A DNA stretch of 18,887 nucleotides, from assembly GCA_036012755.1 (NCBI GenBank), contig DASCPX010000075.1, positions 1 through 18,887 on the forward strand. The letters are read 5' to 3'. The translations under genes were made by a program, and so were the position numbers. This stretch comes from Myxococcota bacterium (GTDB lineage: Bacteria; Myxococcota_A; UBA796; CAJQPC01). Under the pieces are notes generated by a model. It was given only the letters and a program-made list of their open reading frames with translations. It was not told where the DNA came from and did no database searches. This document shows, piece after piece, positions 9,065 to 17,222 of the stretch (within the stretch, counting starts at the first letter, position 1; each line of letters opens with the position of its first letter).

Positions 9065-11821
9065 ATGAATCCTCTCTTCCTCTTCTCCCTGGCCTTCGGC
9101 GCGACCTACCCCGAACTCGAGGACTTCCGAAAGCGCGTGTCCACAGGAGGCGATCTCGCCGCAGAGGCCAACCCGGTCACCCTGCGCAACCGCGACCTGA
9201 AGGTCGGTCACTGCAGCATCCACTTCGAGGACGGCAGCGCCCTGCCGATCAAGGCCGGCCACGGGGAGCACGAGTACACGGCGGGCTACCTCTTCCAGGG
9301 CGAGGGCACGCTCACGGTGGACTTCGAGGAGCGCGCCGACGCCTGGAACTTCGCGAACCACATGGTGATGACCGCCAGGCACGACGAGGAGCGCATGGCG
9401 CCCATCGCCCACCAGGAGGAGTCCTACCGGGTGTCCATCGGCCGCGGCATCGTCATCTCGACCCGCGACGACGCGCTGCGACTGTTGCTGCCGGAGCCGG
9501 AAGAGGGCGACGAGGTGATCACGGACCTGGCGCTGACCGCCGACTTCACGATCGTCATCGAAGACCGCCGGGACCGCGTGGTGCGTGCCATCGCGGCCGG
9601 AGCGACCGTGCCGAACCGCCTCTCCCAGATGCAGTTCGGCGGCATGGACCTGCGCCCGCGCATCTCCGACGAGCTGCTCCAGCGCTCCTGGGGGGGCATC
9701 GACCAGGACCAGCGCCTGCTCTTCGCCGACTTCATCACCGATGACAGCTTCAACGTCGCCGCCGGCGGCTACCGGCGCCAAACGAGCGTGCGCAGCGAGG
9801 ACCGATGGATGTCCTGCCTCGAGGACCCTGCCGGGGTCTTCGACCGAGGCGAGGCCTCGCAGGTCTTCATCCACGGTCGCGAAGGCAGCGGTGCCTACCA
9901 CCGTCTCCGGGTGACCGGACAGGGCTTCCCCGAAGAGGACCGGGAGTTCAAGGACGTCCCCGGGGTCCGCAAGCGCGACCTCGTGCCCGTCAAGGCGGAG
10001 CTCGACATCGACGCGGAGCCGATCAAGATGCGCAAGCACATCCGCTTCGACATCGACTCCACCATCACGGTCAGGGCCACCCGCGACGGCGTGCAGCGCA
10101 TGGCCCTGTCCATGCCCGTCGGCCAATCCCAGGCTCGCACCTTCGAGCTCGACGCCCTCACCGACAGCGAAGGAAACGACCTGCCCTGGGCGTCCCTCGG
10201 CAGCAAGAACTTCTCGGAGATCTCGGCCGACGGTGGCCTCGACGGCGTGAGCATGGTGGGCAGCGCCGACGACGCGGCGGCAGAAGCCGACATCCCGGAC
10301 ACCGTGGGCCTCGGCGGCGGTGGGGGCAGTGACGCGCCGACGCTGACGGCGACAGACTACTCCTCCGAGTTCTCGGTCCAGCAGAACCCCGAGGTGCGCA
10401 AGCTGAACCCGGATCGGGACTGGCAGCGCTTCGACCTGCTCGTGCTGCTCCCGGAGCCCCTCCAGCAGGGAGAGGAGTTCGTGTTCCACCTCGACTGGAG
10501 CGGCGAGTGGAGCCAGATCCGGGCCGAGGACGATCCCTCGACGGGCGAGATCATCCGCATCGGCCAGCCGACGACGGGCTTTCGCGACATCCTGCCCGAG
10601 TTCTACCCGGTCGGAAACCCGACGCGCTGGACCTACACGGCGACGGTGACCATCCCCGAGCTCACCGGCTTCGACGCCGCGGTGAGCGGCATGGCCTCGC
10701 GGAGCTGGCGGGACCAGGACAAGGAGACCCTGACCTGGCTCGTTCGAGGCAACGACCTCGTCCGCCCGGGCATCGCCTTCGGCAAGTGGAACAGCCACGA
10801 GGAGATGGTCATCGGCTTCCCGGCCATGCAGATCCACCTCCACCCCGTCGAGAGCTACGCCCTGGAGGAGTTCGGCCCGCAGCTGCGCACCGTGCTGCAG
10901 TTCTACTCCAAGCTCATGCCCCCCCTGCGCGAGAAGGAGTGGGACATCTACACTGGGCCCCTGAAGTCCGGCCACTGGTGGGGCGGCGCAGCCGGCGACA
11001 CGATGCTCGAGCTCAACCGCTACAGCGACTCCAGCGCGGTGGTGCGGAACCTCGATCCGTACAGCGACCACACCATCCTGGCCCGCGAGGTCGGTCGCAA
11101 GTACTGGAACGGCCTGGTGATGCCCGGCGGCAAGCGAGACGCCTGGATCGCCACGATCATGCCGGAGGTCTACGCGGCCTTCTACATCCGCGCCGTCTTC
11201 GGCACCCAGGACTACTTCGCCTGGATGGAGAAGGTGCGAATCGTCATCGAGGGCAGCAAGGGCGCCAGCTCCATCTCCGGTGGCGACGACGAGCTCCGGC
11301 CCCCGGTGGATCTGATGGGCAACTACACCGGCAGCCGGATGGGCCGGCACTTCTACGGCATGTACATCATCGGCAACAGCCTGCGGTACATGGTGGGCGA
11401 GGAGCTCTACTACTCCTCCCTCGACGCCCTGCTCCAGAAACGCAAGGGCAAGTACGTCACGACCCAGCTCATCCAGGACACCTTCGAGAAGACCAGCGGC
11501 CAGGACCTGTCGGACTTCTTCGACTTCTGGGTGCGCGGCGGTCGCATCCCCGAGATCACCCTCACGACGAACACCGTCGACGGCGTGACCCGAGGCTGCA
11601 TCGAGGCCGACGTGCCCTTCGGCAACTTCCAGCTTCCGGTGAGCATCATCGACCACGACGGCTTCAGGGTCTCGGCGGCGCTCGTCGACGTCATCGACGG
11701 CCAGGGGTCCTTCGAGGTCCCCGACCGCAAGGGCGAGGTCTCCGTCGAGGTCGACCCGGACGGACTCGTCCCGCTCCGCACCCGCAAGGTGAAGGAAGAG
11801 GACGAGCTCAGCTGCTTCTGA
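9065..11821 (+). CDS. Secreted peptidase M1 (aminopeptidase N)-like protein with degenerate zinc site
   Basis: Signal MNPLFLFSLAFGA; ILAREVGRKYWNGLV..DAWIATIM aligns to LAHExxHQWWGNLV..WLNEGF; LRYMVGEELY..VTT..FEKTSGQDLSDFFDFWV is a typical M1 C-terminal block. ATG 9065 preferred over TTG 9056. Confidence 0.8.
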   Translation: MNPLFLFSLAFGATYPELEDFRKRVSTGGDLAAEANPVTLRNRDLKVGHCSIHFEDGSALPIKAGHGEHEYTAGYLFQGEGTLTVDFEERADAWNFANHMVMTARHDEERMAPIAHQEESYRVSIGRGIVISTRDDALRLLLPEPEEGDEVITDLALTADFTIVIEDRRDRVVRAIAAGATVPNRLSQMQFGGMDLRPRISDELLQRSWGGIDQDQRLLFADFITDDSFNVAAGGYRRQTSVRSEDRWMSCLEDPAGVFDRGEASQVFIHGREGSGAYHRLRVTGQGFPEEDREFKDVPGVRKRDLVPVKAELDIDAEPIKMRKHIRFDIDSTITVRATRDGVQRMALSMPVGQSQARTFELDALTDSEGNDLPWASLGSKNFSEISADGGLDGVSMVGSADDAAAEADIPDTVGLGGGGGSDAPTLTATDYSSEFSVQQNPEVRKLNPDRDWQRFDLLVLLPEPLQQGEEFVFHLDWSGEWSQIRAEDDPSTGEIIRIGQPTTGFRDILPEFYPVGNPTRWTYTATVTIPELTGFDAAVSGMASRSWRDQDKETLTWLVRGNDLVRPGIAFGKWNSHEEMVIGFPAMQIHLHPVESYALEEFGPQLRTVLQFYSKLMPPLREKEWDIYTGPLKSGHWWGGAAGDTMLELNRYSDSSAVVRNLDPYSDHTILAREVGRKYWNGLVMPGGKRDAWIATIMPEVYAAFYIRAVFGTQDYFAWMEKVRIVIEGSKGASSISGGDDELRPPVDLMGNYTGSRMGRHFYGMYIIGNSLRYMVGEELYYSSLDALLQKRKGKYVTTQLIQDTFEKTSGQDLSDFFDFWVRGGRIPEITLTTNTVDGVTRGCIEADVPFGNFQLPVSIIDHDGFRVSAALVDVIDGQGSFEVPDRKGEVSVEVDPDGLVPLRTRKVKEEDELSCF

Positions 11822-13430
11822 GAGCTCCTCGACGGCGCCACAGCAACACCAGCGACAGCACCCAGGCGGCTCCCGGCACAGTGGAACAGCCCTCGTCATC
11901 GGGTGGCACGTAGACCCCCGTGTCCTCTGGCGCGTCGGGACATGGCTGCTCGCCGCGGATGACGAGCCCCCCATCGCTCCAGTCCTCTGCGAAGCCCGCG
12001 CGAGCCCGCAGCACGACCTCCTCGCTGGCGATGTCCGGCACCCTCCACGAGCTCTCGATGGGTGACCAGTCGGCGCCCCCGTTGCACGACCACTCGAAGG
12101 TGACCTCACCGCTCACCCCCGCCCGGGTCGCGGAGAGCGACAGGACCTGTCCGGGCACCAGCTCCCCGTCGTCGGGTCCCTCGAAGATCACCGCGGGGCC
12201 CTTCACGAGCGTCATCGTGTCGGTCACCTCGCCGTCGTCCCGGATGTTGCGGAGCCTCAGGACCGGTCCCTGCACGTCGAGCAGCACGCTGCCGTGGTCC
12301 ACCTCTGTCACCGCCATGATCGGGTGGATGCCGGAGCTGCTCACGCTGGCGCCGCCGTGACCTGCGACGACATAGACGGCGCCTTGGTTTCCGAAGACGC
12401 CCTTGGGCTTGTCATAGGGCTCCGGAAGGCGCCCGAGCCCCTCGTCCATGATGCCCTGCCTGCCTGTCGGGGTGCCATAGGCCCCGTCGACGAGGTAGCT
12501 GCGCTCGTAGATGTGGGAGTGCCCTGCCAGGACCAGGTCGACCCCCCCGGCTTCGAGGATCGGCAGGGCGTTCTCGCGCATCTCGACGAGCTCCCGCTCC
12601 GCGTCCGAGTCGTGTGAGCCCTTCGAGTACGGCGGGTGGTGCCAGCTGGCGATGATCCAGTCCTGCTCGGTGGCGGCGATGTCCTCGGCCAGCCAGGTCA
12701 TCATCGGGCCGTCGACCTCGCGCGGGGTCTCGTAGGAGTCGAGCACGATGAGGTGCATGTTGGCGATGTCGGCGCTGTAGTAGGCCTCTGTCCCGCTGGC
12801 GAGTCACCCTGCGCGCCCGTCCGTCGGGAGCACGTAGCTCTCGTAGTAGGGCCCGTCCTGCTTCTGCGAGTTCGACGTCTTGCCCTCGTGGTTGCCGATG
12901 GCCGGCCAGACCGGCACCTCGTCGAGCAGGTCCTGGTACTCCCAGAAGAAGAAGAGGGTGAACTCGACCTCCAGCCCACTGCCATAGGCCATGTCGCCGA
13001 CGTGGATGAAGTGGTCAGGCTCGCGAAAGCGCGTGTGCTCCCGCATCGCGTCGTAGACCGCCTGCTGGTCCGCGCTGCCGTTGCCGGAGTCCCCGACCAC
13101 CCAGAGCCGCGTCCTGGCGTCGCTCCCGACAGGCGGCTGCGTCCGGAAGGTCTTGATATCGGTGGTGTTGTTCTCGTCGAGGTTCTCTACCCGGTAGTGG
13201 TAGACCGTGTCCGGCTCCAGCCCCTCGATCCTGGCCTCGAACTGGATCTTCTCCTTCTTGAACGTCACTATCTCACTGAGATCGTTCTTGTTACGCCCCC
13301 AGCACAGGCGCGCCTCGTGCTCGTCGGACTCGCGCCAGACGACCGTCACCTCGGTGGACGTCAGCGTCTGGAGGTAGGGCTCCCGCGTGAAGCCTTCCTC
13401 GCTGGCCAAGGCCAACGATATCAGGATCAT
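11808..13430 (-). pseudogene. Purple acid phosphatase-type metallophosphoesterase with MYXO-CTERM-like tail, interrupted by in-frame TGA at 12806-12804
   Basis: Track ORFs 12804..13430 and 11808..12758 share a frame. Together they give GDSG, GDMAY, GNHE, HHPPYS, GHSH and are colinear with the upstream paralog. Tail GCSTVPGAAWVLSLVLLWRRR. Confidence 0.85.
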
Positions 13431-15577
13431 CGCCGCCGCCAGATCAGCGGGATCAGCACCAGGAACAACGCCGCCGCGGAGGCCTCCCCCCTCCCGCAGC
13501 AGCCCGGGTCGTAGGGCTCCCGCTTGTCGCCGTCGGTGTCCGGAGCTTTCGAGTCGCCGCTGTCATCTCCGTCGAAGGGGCAGCCGGGCAGCTCTTCGAA
13601 GAGCTCCACGTCGAGGGCGAGGTCGAAGGACAGGTCCGTGCTCTCGGCGTCGGCTTGTTTCACCAGCACCGCCATCACGTTCTCGCCGGTCTTGAACAGG
13701 TCGGTGTCGACCACGAACTCGAGCACCTTGTTGTCGGCCGAGGCGTAGTTCGTGTAGACGTCGTAGTCGAGCGAGCCGACGTTCGGGGTGAGCACGACGA
13801 AGGCTCCATTCAGCCACACGGCGGCCCCGTCGTCGTGGAGCAGCGTGAGCTTCGCTGACTCGAGCTGCCCCTCGCTGGTGAAGCGGTGGCGAAAGTAGAC
13901 CGTCGGCTGTCCGGCTGTGAGCTCCGTGGCCTCGTCCGCGTCCCCGAAGCCCAGCTGCCCGGGCCCCTCTGGCCAGGCGCTGTCGTCGTAGCCGTTGCCG
14001 ACCCAGTCCGACGGGAGCTCGCCCTCGGAGTCCGAGTACTTCCAGGTCGCTCCCCAGTCGATCACGGTCTCACCGGTGGTCTTCACGATCCCGAAGGGGG
14101 CGTCGCTGGTGTCGACCTCATCTCCGGAGCTGATCCGCACCTGAGCTGTCCGCGTGCCGAACCGTGGCGTCTTCCAGTCGTAGGAGGCGGCTGGGTCGAC
14201 GTTCTCTGCCAGCAGCTCCCACTGCACCCCGTCGCAGGTCCACTCCACGTCCACCGGGCCGATGTCGCCGATGGTCGTCCACTCGATGGGGACGGTCTCC
14301 CCGGGTTTATGGTCGACCTCTCCGTCCGGGCCGTGGAGCAGCAGCGCGTCTCCCTTCACCAGCGTGAACTCGTCGGTGAAGGTCCCGTCGTAGCGCAGGT
14401 TGCGCAGGGTGAGGTGGTCGCCGTCGATGTCCAGCAGGACGCTGCCCCAGTCGACCTCGGTAAACGCCATGACCGGGTGTCCGCCTGCTCCGCCGACGTT
14501 GGTGCCCCCGTGGCCCGCGACCACGTACACAGCACCCCCGTTGGCGGTGAGCCCTTCGGACTTCGAGTAGGGCCCGTCGCCTTCGAGCGCGCCGTCGGTC
14601 TGGGTGAGGATGCCCGCGTCGGTGGTCGGCGTGTCGTAGGCGCCGTCGAGCAGGTAGCTGCGCTCGTAGAGGTGACTGTGCCCCGTCATGACGAGGTCGA
14701 CCCCGCCGGACTCGAGGATGGGCACGATGTCCTCGCGCATGTCGATCAGGTTGCCTTCGGTGTCCGAGTCGTGGGTCCCTCGGGAGTAGGGAGGGTGGTG
14801 CCAGGTGGCGATGAGCCAGTCCTGCGTGGTGGCGGCCAGGTCCTGCTCGAGCCACAGGGCCATCGCCGCGTCGGGGTCCGTGTCGGAGTCAGAGGAGTCC
14901 AGCACGACGATGTGCATGTTGGCGAGATCGAAGGAGTAGTAGGCCTCCGTCCCGCTGGCGACGCCCCCCAGCTCTGCGGCTGTGGGAAGGACAAAGGCCT
15001 CGAAGTAGGGTCCCGACTGGTCATCTGAGTGCGAGGTGAAGGCTTCGTGATTGCCGATGGTCGGCCAGACCGTCGCCGAGTCGAGGAACTCCGCGTACAT
15101 GCCGAAGAAGTTGTCGCTGAACTCCTCGTGGGTGCCGCTGAAGTAGGCGATGTCTCCCATGTGGAGCATCACCAGGGGCACATCGGCGGCGGTGGCGTCG
15201 AGGAAGGTGTCGAAGACATCCGCCTGTGTCTGGCCGCCGGTGCCGGAGTCGCCGATCACCCACAGCCGCATCCTCGCGGACTCCCCCACCGCCGGGTTCG
15301 TCGTGAAGCTGCCCTGTCCGAGGACCTCGCCGAGGTCGTCCTGGACCTCGTAGTCATAGGTCGTGCCGGCCTCGAGCCCGGTGATCTCGACGTCGTGCAT
15401 CTCTCCGGTGGTGCTGGAGGCGACCTCGTCGAGGTCTCCGCCGGCGGGGCCCCAGAGCACCTGCCCCTGGCTGTCGCCGACGGTCCACCAGACGACGTGG
15501 GTGGACGAGGTGGAGGTCGACTGGAGGTATGGCGCGCGGTCGATCTCCGTCGCGAGGGCGACAGACAACATCAGCAT
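13427..15577 (-). CDS. Secreted purple acid phosphatase-type metallophosphoesterase with FN3-like N-domain, Ig-like and galactose-binding-like domains, and MYXO-CTERM-like tail
   Basis: GDSG, GDIAY, GNHE, HHPPYS, GHSH; WKY..YDDSAW.EGPGQLGFGD..VYFRHRF..DDGAAVWLNG..GENVMAV jelly-roll signature; tail GCCGRGEASAAALFLVLIPLIWRRR; ATGA overlap with next gene. Confidence 0.93.
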   Translation of the reverse strand: MLMLSVALATEIDRAPYLQSTSTSSTHVVWWTVGDSQGQVLWGPAGGDLDEVASSTTGEMHDVEITGLEAGTTYDYEVQDDLGEVLGQGSFTTNPAVGESARMRLWVIGDSGTGGQTQADVFDTFLDATAADVPLVMLHMGDIAYFSGTHEEFSDNFFGMYAEFLDSATVWPTIGNHEAFTSHSDDQSGPYFEAFVLPTAAELGGVASGTEAYYSFDLANMHIVVLDSSDSDTDPDAAMALWLEQDLAATTQDWLIATWHHPPYSRGTHDSDTEGNLIDMREDIVPILESGGVDLVMTGHSHLYERSYLLDGAYDTPTTDAGILTQTDGALEGDGPYSKSEGLTANGGAVYVVAGHGGTNVGGAGGHPVMAFTEVDWGSVLLDIDGDHLTLRNLRYDGTFTDEFTLVKGDALLLHGPDGEVDHKPGETVPIEWTTIGDIGPVDVEWTCDGVQWELLAENVDPAASYDWKTPRFGTRTAQVRISSGDEVDTSDAPFGIVKTTGETVIDWGATWKYSDSEGELPSDWVGNGYDDSAWPEGPGQLGFGDADEATELTAGQPTVYFRHRFTSEGQLESAKLTLLHDDGAAVWLNGAFVVLTPNVGSLDYDVYTNYASADNKVLEFVVDTDLFKTGENVMAVLVKQADAESTDLSFDLALDVELFEELPGCPFDGDDSGDSKAPDTDGDKREPYDPGCCGRGEASAAALFLVLIPLIWRRR

Positions 15578-16401
15578 CGGCGCCTCCCGAGCAAGAGCAG
15601 CGGCGCGGCGAGCAGACCACCCCAGGGCGCGTGGGTACAGCCGCGGGGCTCGGCGGCGAGGGCGGCGGTGGCTTCTTCGATGGCCAGCTGGTTGAGATCG
15701 TTCGGTTTCTTCTCGAAGCGAGCGCGGGCAAGCTCCAGCGCGGCGAGGCGGTCGGCGTGAGCGCTGTCGGGGCTGGAGACCTCTGCGCGGAGCAGGAGCC
15801 AGCCTGGTTGGGGGCCGCTACGCTCCATCATCGCGGTCAGGATCTGCCTGGCTTCATCGTGCCGTCCGGCGTCCCGCAGCGCCTCGGCGGCGGCGAGCTC
15901 GACGACCACGGCTGGACCCATCTCCTCCAGCGCAGAGAGGTAGCCGTCAGCGGCGCGGTCGAGGTCCACCTCCCTGGCCACGCCTCCGCGCTCGAGCACG
16001 ATGTCCGGGTCCACGTGTCGTGCGACCGCCGCGTCGTAGTCAGCCAGCGCGCCCGCTGTGTCTCCGTCGCCGAGGCGCAGGCGAGCGCGAGCGCGGTGTG
16101 CTTCCCAGTGAGGTCGGGTCGCGATGACCGTATCGAGCAGATCGCGGGCATCTTCGCCGCGGCCGGCTTCAGAGAGGATCAGCGCTCGCTGCAGGGACAC
16201 GTCCTCGCCGAGGGTCGCGGCCGCGTCGAGGTCCATCAGGGCTTCATCCGGCCGCAGGAGGCGCCCGAGCAGATCCGCGCGTCGCAGGTGGAGCTCGGCG
16301 GTGGGGGCCTCGCCGATCAGCCCGTCGAGCTCGGCCACCTGGATCTCGAGGTCCCGGTGGGCCCGGCTGGAGGCGACGGTGAGCAGGAAGAGGAGGGTCA
16401 T
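15571..16401 (-). CDS. Secreted TPR protein with MYXO-CTERM-like tail
   Basis: Signal MTLLFLLTVASSRA; TPR-like helices (AHRARARLRLGDGDTAGALADYDAAV; AEALRDAGRHDEARQIL); tail GCTHAPWGGLLAAPLLLLGRRR; stop overlaps the phosphatase start. Confidence 0.85.
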   Translation of the reverse strand: MTLLFLLTVASSRAHRDLEIQVAELDGLIGEAPTAELHLRRADLLGRLLRPDEALMDLDAAATLGEDVSLQRALILSEAGRGEDARDLLDTVIATRPHWEAHRARARLRLGDGDTAGALADYDAAVARHVDPDIVLERGGVAREVDLDRAADGYLSALEEMGPAVVVELAAAEALRDAGRHDEARQILTAMMERSGPQPGWLLLRAEVSSPDSAHADRLAALELARARFEKKPNDLNQLAIEEATAALAAEPRGCTHAPWGGLLAAPLLLLGRRRC

Positions 16402-16459
16402 GGCTCGGGGCTGGCGAGGGCAGGGGCGATCAACACACAGCTAGTCGGAGGATGTCACG

Positions 16460-16915
16460 ATGCGCAGGCCGATCTTCGCCGAAGGTTCCATGTCAGCCCA
16501 CCATCGCCTGTTGGAGCGCATCTACGCCGCCGCGCCGGTCAACGGCTTCATCCACCCGACGATGCGCGTGGACGAGGCCGCGGCGGTGATCTCGGCGCCT
16601 GTGCGACCCGAGTGGTTCCACACCGGCGGGGCCGTGCACGGGGCCATCTACTTCAAGCTCCTGGACGACGCCTGCTTCTTCGCGGCCAACTCCCTCGTCG
16701 AGGGAGTCTTCGTCCTGACGGCGGACTTCCACATCCGCATGTTGCGGCCTGTGTCCTCTGGGGTCCTGACTGCGACGGGCCGCGTGGTGAACCGAGGGCG
16801 GCGCGTGCTGGTGGCCGACGGCGAGCTCCGGGACGACCAGGGCCGCCTGGTAGCGACCGGCAGCGGGAGCTTCATGCTCAGCGAGATCGAGCTGGAGGGT
16901 CTGCCCGGGTCCTGA
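16460..16915 (+). CDS. PaaI-family (hotdog-fold) thioesterase
   Basis: HTGGAVHGAIYFKLLDDACFFAA, LTADFHIRMLRPV, GRLVATGSGSF. GGAGGA precedes ATG 16460; ATG 16490 is an alternative start. Confidence 0.92.
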   Translation: MRRPIFAEGSMSAHHRLLERIYAAAPVNGFIHPTMRVDEAAAVISAPVRPEWFHTGGAVHGAIYFKLLDDACFFAANSLVEGVFVLTADFHIRMLRPVSSGVLTATGRVVNRGRRVLVADGELRDDQGRLVATGSGSFMLSEIELEGLPGS

Positions 16916-16967
16916 CCCACTGACTCAGGCCAGCGCGTTGTCGAGGTGGTCCTCGGCGACCAGCTGG

Positions 16968-17222
16968 TGCGCATCGCCCGGGGTTCTCGAGAACCGACGC
17001 AGAAGCGAGACGTTTCGTTGCGTATCGCCCGAGGTTCTCGAGAACCGACGCAGAAGCGAGACGTTTCGTTGCGCATCGCCCGGGGTTCTCGAGAACCGAC
17101 GCAGAAGCGGGACGTTTCGTTGCGTATCGCCAGGGGTTCCCGAGAACCGACGCAGAAGCGGGACGATTCCTTGCACATCGCCGAGGGCTCGCGGGAGCCC
17201 GGGCAGAAGCAGGACCGTGTTC
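16968..17222. repeat. 51-bp tandem repeat, four near-identical copies plus a degenerate fifth, each with an internal palindrome
   Basis: Units start at 16968, 17019, 17070, 17121 and 17172. Unit 1 is TGCGCATCGCCCGGGGTTCTCGAGAACCGACGCAGAAGCGAGACGTTTCGT and contains the palindrome GGTTCTCGAGAACC. Confidence 0.95.

Noticed and set aside
11808..11821. 14-bp convergent overlap of the M1-like and phosphatase genes as a regulatory feature
   Set aside because: Short tail-to-tail overlaps are common in compact high-GC genomes; nothing further supports a function.
9050..12109. 1019-aa minus-strand ORF and other long overlapping ORFs (e.g. 5785..7563, 6365..8347, 7654..9744, 15529..16923)
   Set aside because: Antisense or off-frame shadows of motif-bearing genes, expected in high-GC DNA; no recognisable motifs.
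12804..12806. Genome-wide TGA reassignment or selenocysteine
   Set aside because: Most genes here end in TGA, including an ATGA overlap. The position aligns with Gly rather than Cys, and I see no clear SECIS-like hairpin.
16925..17176. Minus-strand repeat ORF (…LLRRFSRTPGDAQRNV…)
   Set aside because: Between-copy substitutions are mostly non-synonymous in this frame. Its last codons look host-like, so it is not fully excluded.
16968..17222. CRISPR array
   Set aside because: Units are contiguous and near-identical over their whole length, with no unique spacers; no cas genes in the window.
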